Assembly: GCF_018350175.1 (NCBI RefSeq)
Contig: NC_058382.1
Coordinates: 49,788,001 to 49,852,000, forward strand
Direction: 5' to 3'
Length of the DNA: 64,000 nucleotides
From: Felis catus
Taxonomy: Eukaryota
Numbering within the stretch: position 1 is the first letter of the stretch; each line of letters opens with the position of its first letter. Made by a program: the position numbers and the translations under genes. The notes below the pieces were generated by a model, which was given only the letters and a program-made list of their open reading frames with translations, did not search any database and was not told the DNA's origin. This document shows positions 63,201-64,000 of the stretch, piece after piece.

Positions 63201-64000
63201 CGGGCTACGCCCCCTACTGGGCAAGTGTCTCCTGCTCCAGAGTAGGATGTGCTCTGCTCTGCCCTTCTCTGCAGCGCCACCTATAAGACAGTAGGGGAAT
63301 TGCATACCCTCCCCAGACCCGGCTCGTAGATTTCAAACGGATCTAGCAATGAGAATCAGATGGTTCAGCAGCCAGGTGAAGGAGGCTGGAAGACATCACC
63401 AATACCTCCAATATTTGGAAGGAAAGTGAATTTTTTGAAAGCTTAACTTTCTTTAAAGTAAAAAGCCTTGCTTGCAGGGACGCCTGGGTGGCTCAGTCGG
63501 TTAAGCATCTGACTTCAGCTCAGGTCATGATCCCACAGTTGGGGAAATCCAAGCTCAGCATCTGGCTCTCTGCTGTCAGCACAGAGCCTGCCTGCTTTGG
63601 ATCCTCTGTTCCCCTCTCTCTCTGCCCTTCCCCAGCTTGTTCTTTCTCTCTCTCAACATAAACGTCAACAAATTTTAAAGAAATGCATTGCTTGCAAAGT
63701 TCATAGTATTTTACATAATATTAATTCAAGAACATTAGCAAGATTGTTTATTAGAGTTCCCTCTTGAAGATTTTGTTTTGAGAGCTAATGTCCGTTCCTC
63801 AACACTGCAACTGGGATTTTGCATCAACCAAGAAACATCTAAAATGGAAATAGTAAGTATTAAGAAAAGTCATGAAATATTTAATGCTATCTTCTGGTAC
63901 ATTTCTCAGACCATGAGAGTGTGTAAGAAGTGGAAGAAACATTATTTTAGGGTTATATAACAATCAATAGTGTATCACATTAGGAAACATTATTTTGAAT

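Larger units (their letters stand above)
1500..63680. repeat. Dispersed carnivore tRNA-derived Can-SINEs (roughly 40 copies; span given for the set)
   Basis: GGGGCGCCTGGGTGGCTCAGTCGGTT heads with (CT)n and A tails at about 1500(-), 6563, 10800(-), 15008, 16880(-), 17162, 17343, 17850, 19445, 20560, 22466, 24206, 26511, 26790, 27820, 29157, 29670, 30180(-), 32295(-), 32860, 38586, 38881, 39550(-), 40927(-), 42293, 43430(-), 43757, 47720-48420(- x3), 49480(-), 50858, 51380(-), 53760, 55250(-), 55472, 57500, 57735(-), 58920(-), 61040, 63477. These account for the recurrent MAQSVK..SAQVMIS pseudo-ORFs. Confidence 0.9.

Noticed and set aside
61886..63305. Overlapping ORFs up to 229 aa around TMEM170A exon 1
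   Set aside because: CpG-island artefacts; only the 133-nt exon matches a known protein.

Overview
Mammalian genomic DNA from a cat-family (felid) genome, judged from the Can-SINE/SINEC_Fc and carnivore L1 content. It covers the CFDP1-TMEM170A locus. On the minus strand are the complete three-exon TMEM170A CDS (144 aa, CpG-island promoter near 62-63.2 kb) and CFDP1/BCNT coding exons 1-5 (ATG at 35115; the remaining exons lie beyond the left edge). The standout feature sits about 325 bp from the CFDP1 start codon, head-to-head across the same CpG-island promoter. It is a full-length (~2.63 kb) pogo/Tigger DNA transposon (35440-38073) whose two arms resemble the old non-autonomous element MER82 (family assignment from memory). 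Its terminal inverted repeats have decayed, yet it carries an uninterrupted 593-codon transposase ORF with HTH domains, a DD33D triad, an NLS and a PIP-box-like motif. This pattern suggests a domesticated transposase gene driven by the CFDP1 bidirectional promoter. The rest is intronic or intergenic repeat: many Can-SINEs, a young 5'-truncated L1 with a TSD, a decayed Charlie-type hAT element, Tigger2-type MITEs and LTR fragments. Repeat family names and boundaries are by eye, and most short ORFs in the supplied track are spurious.
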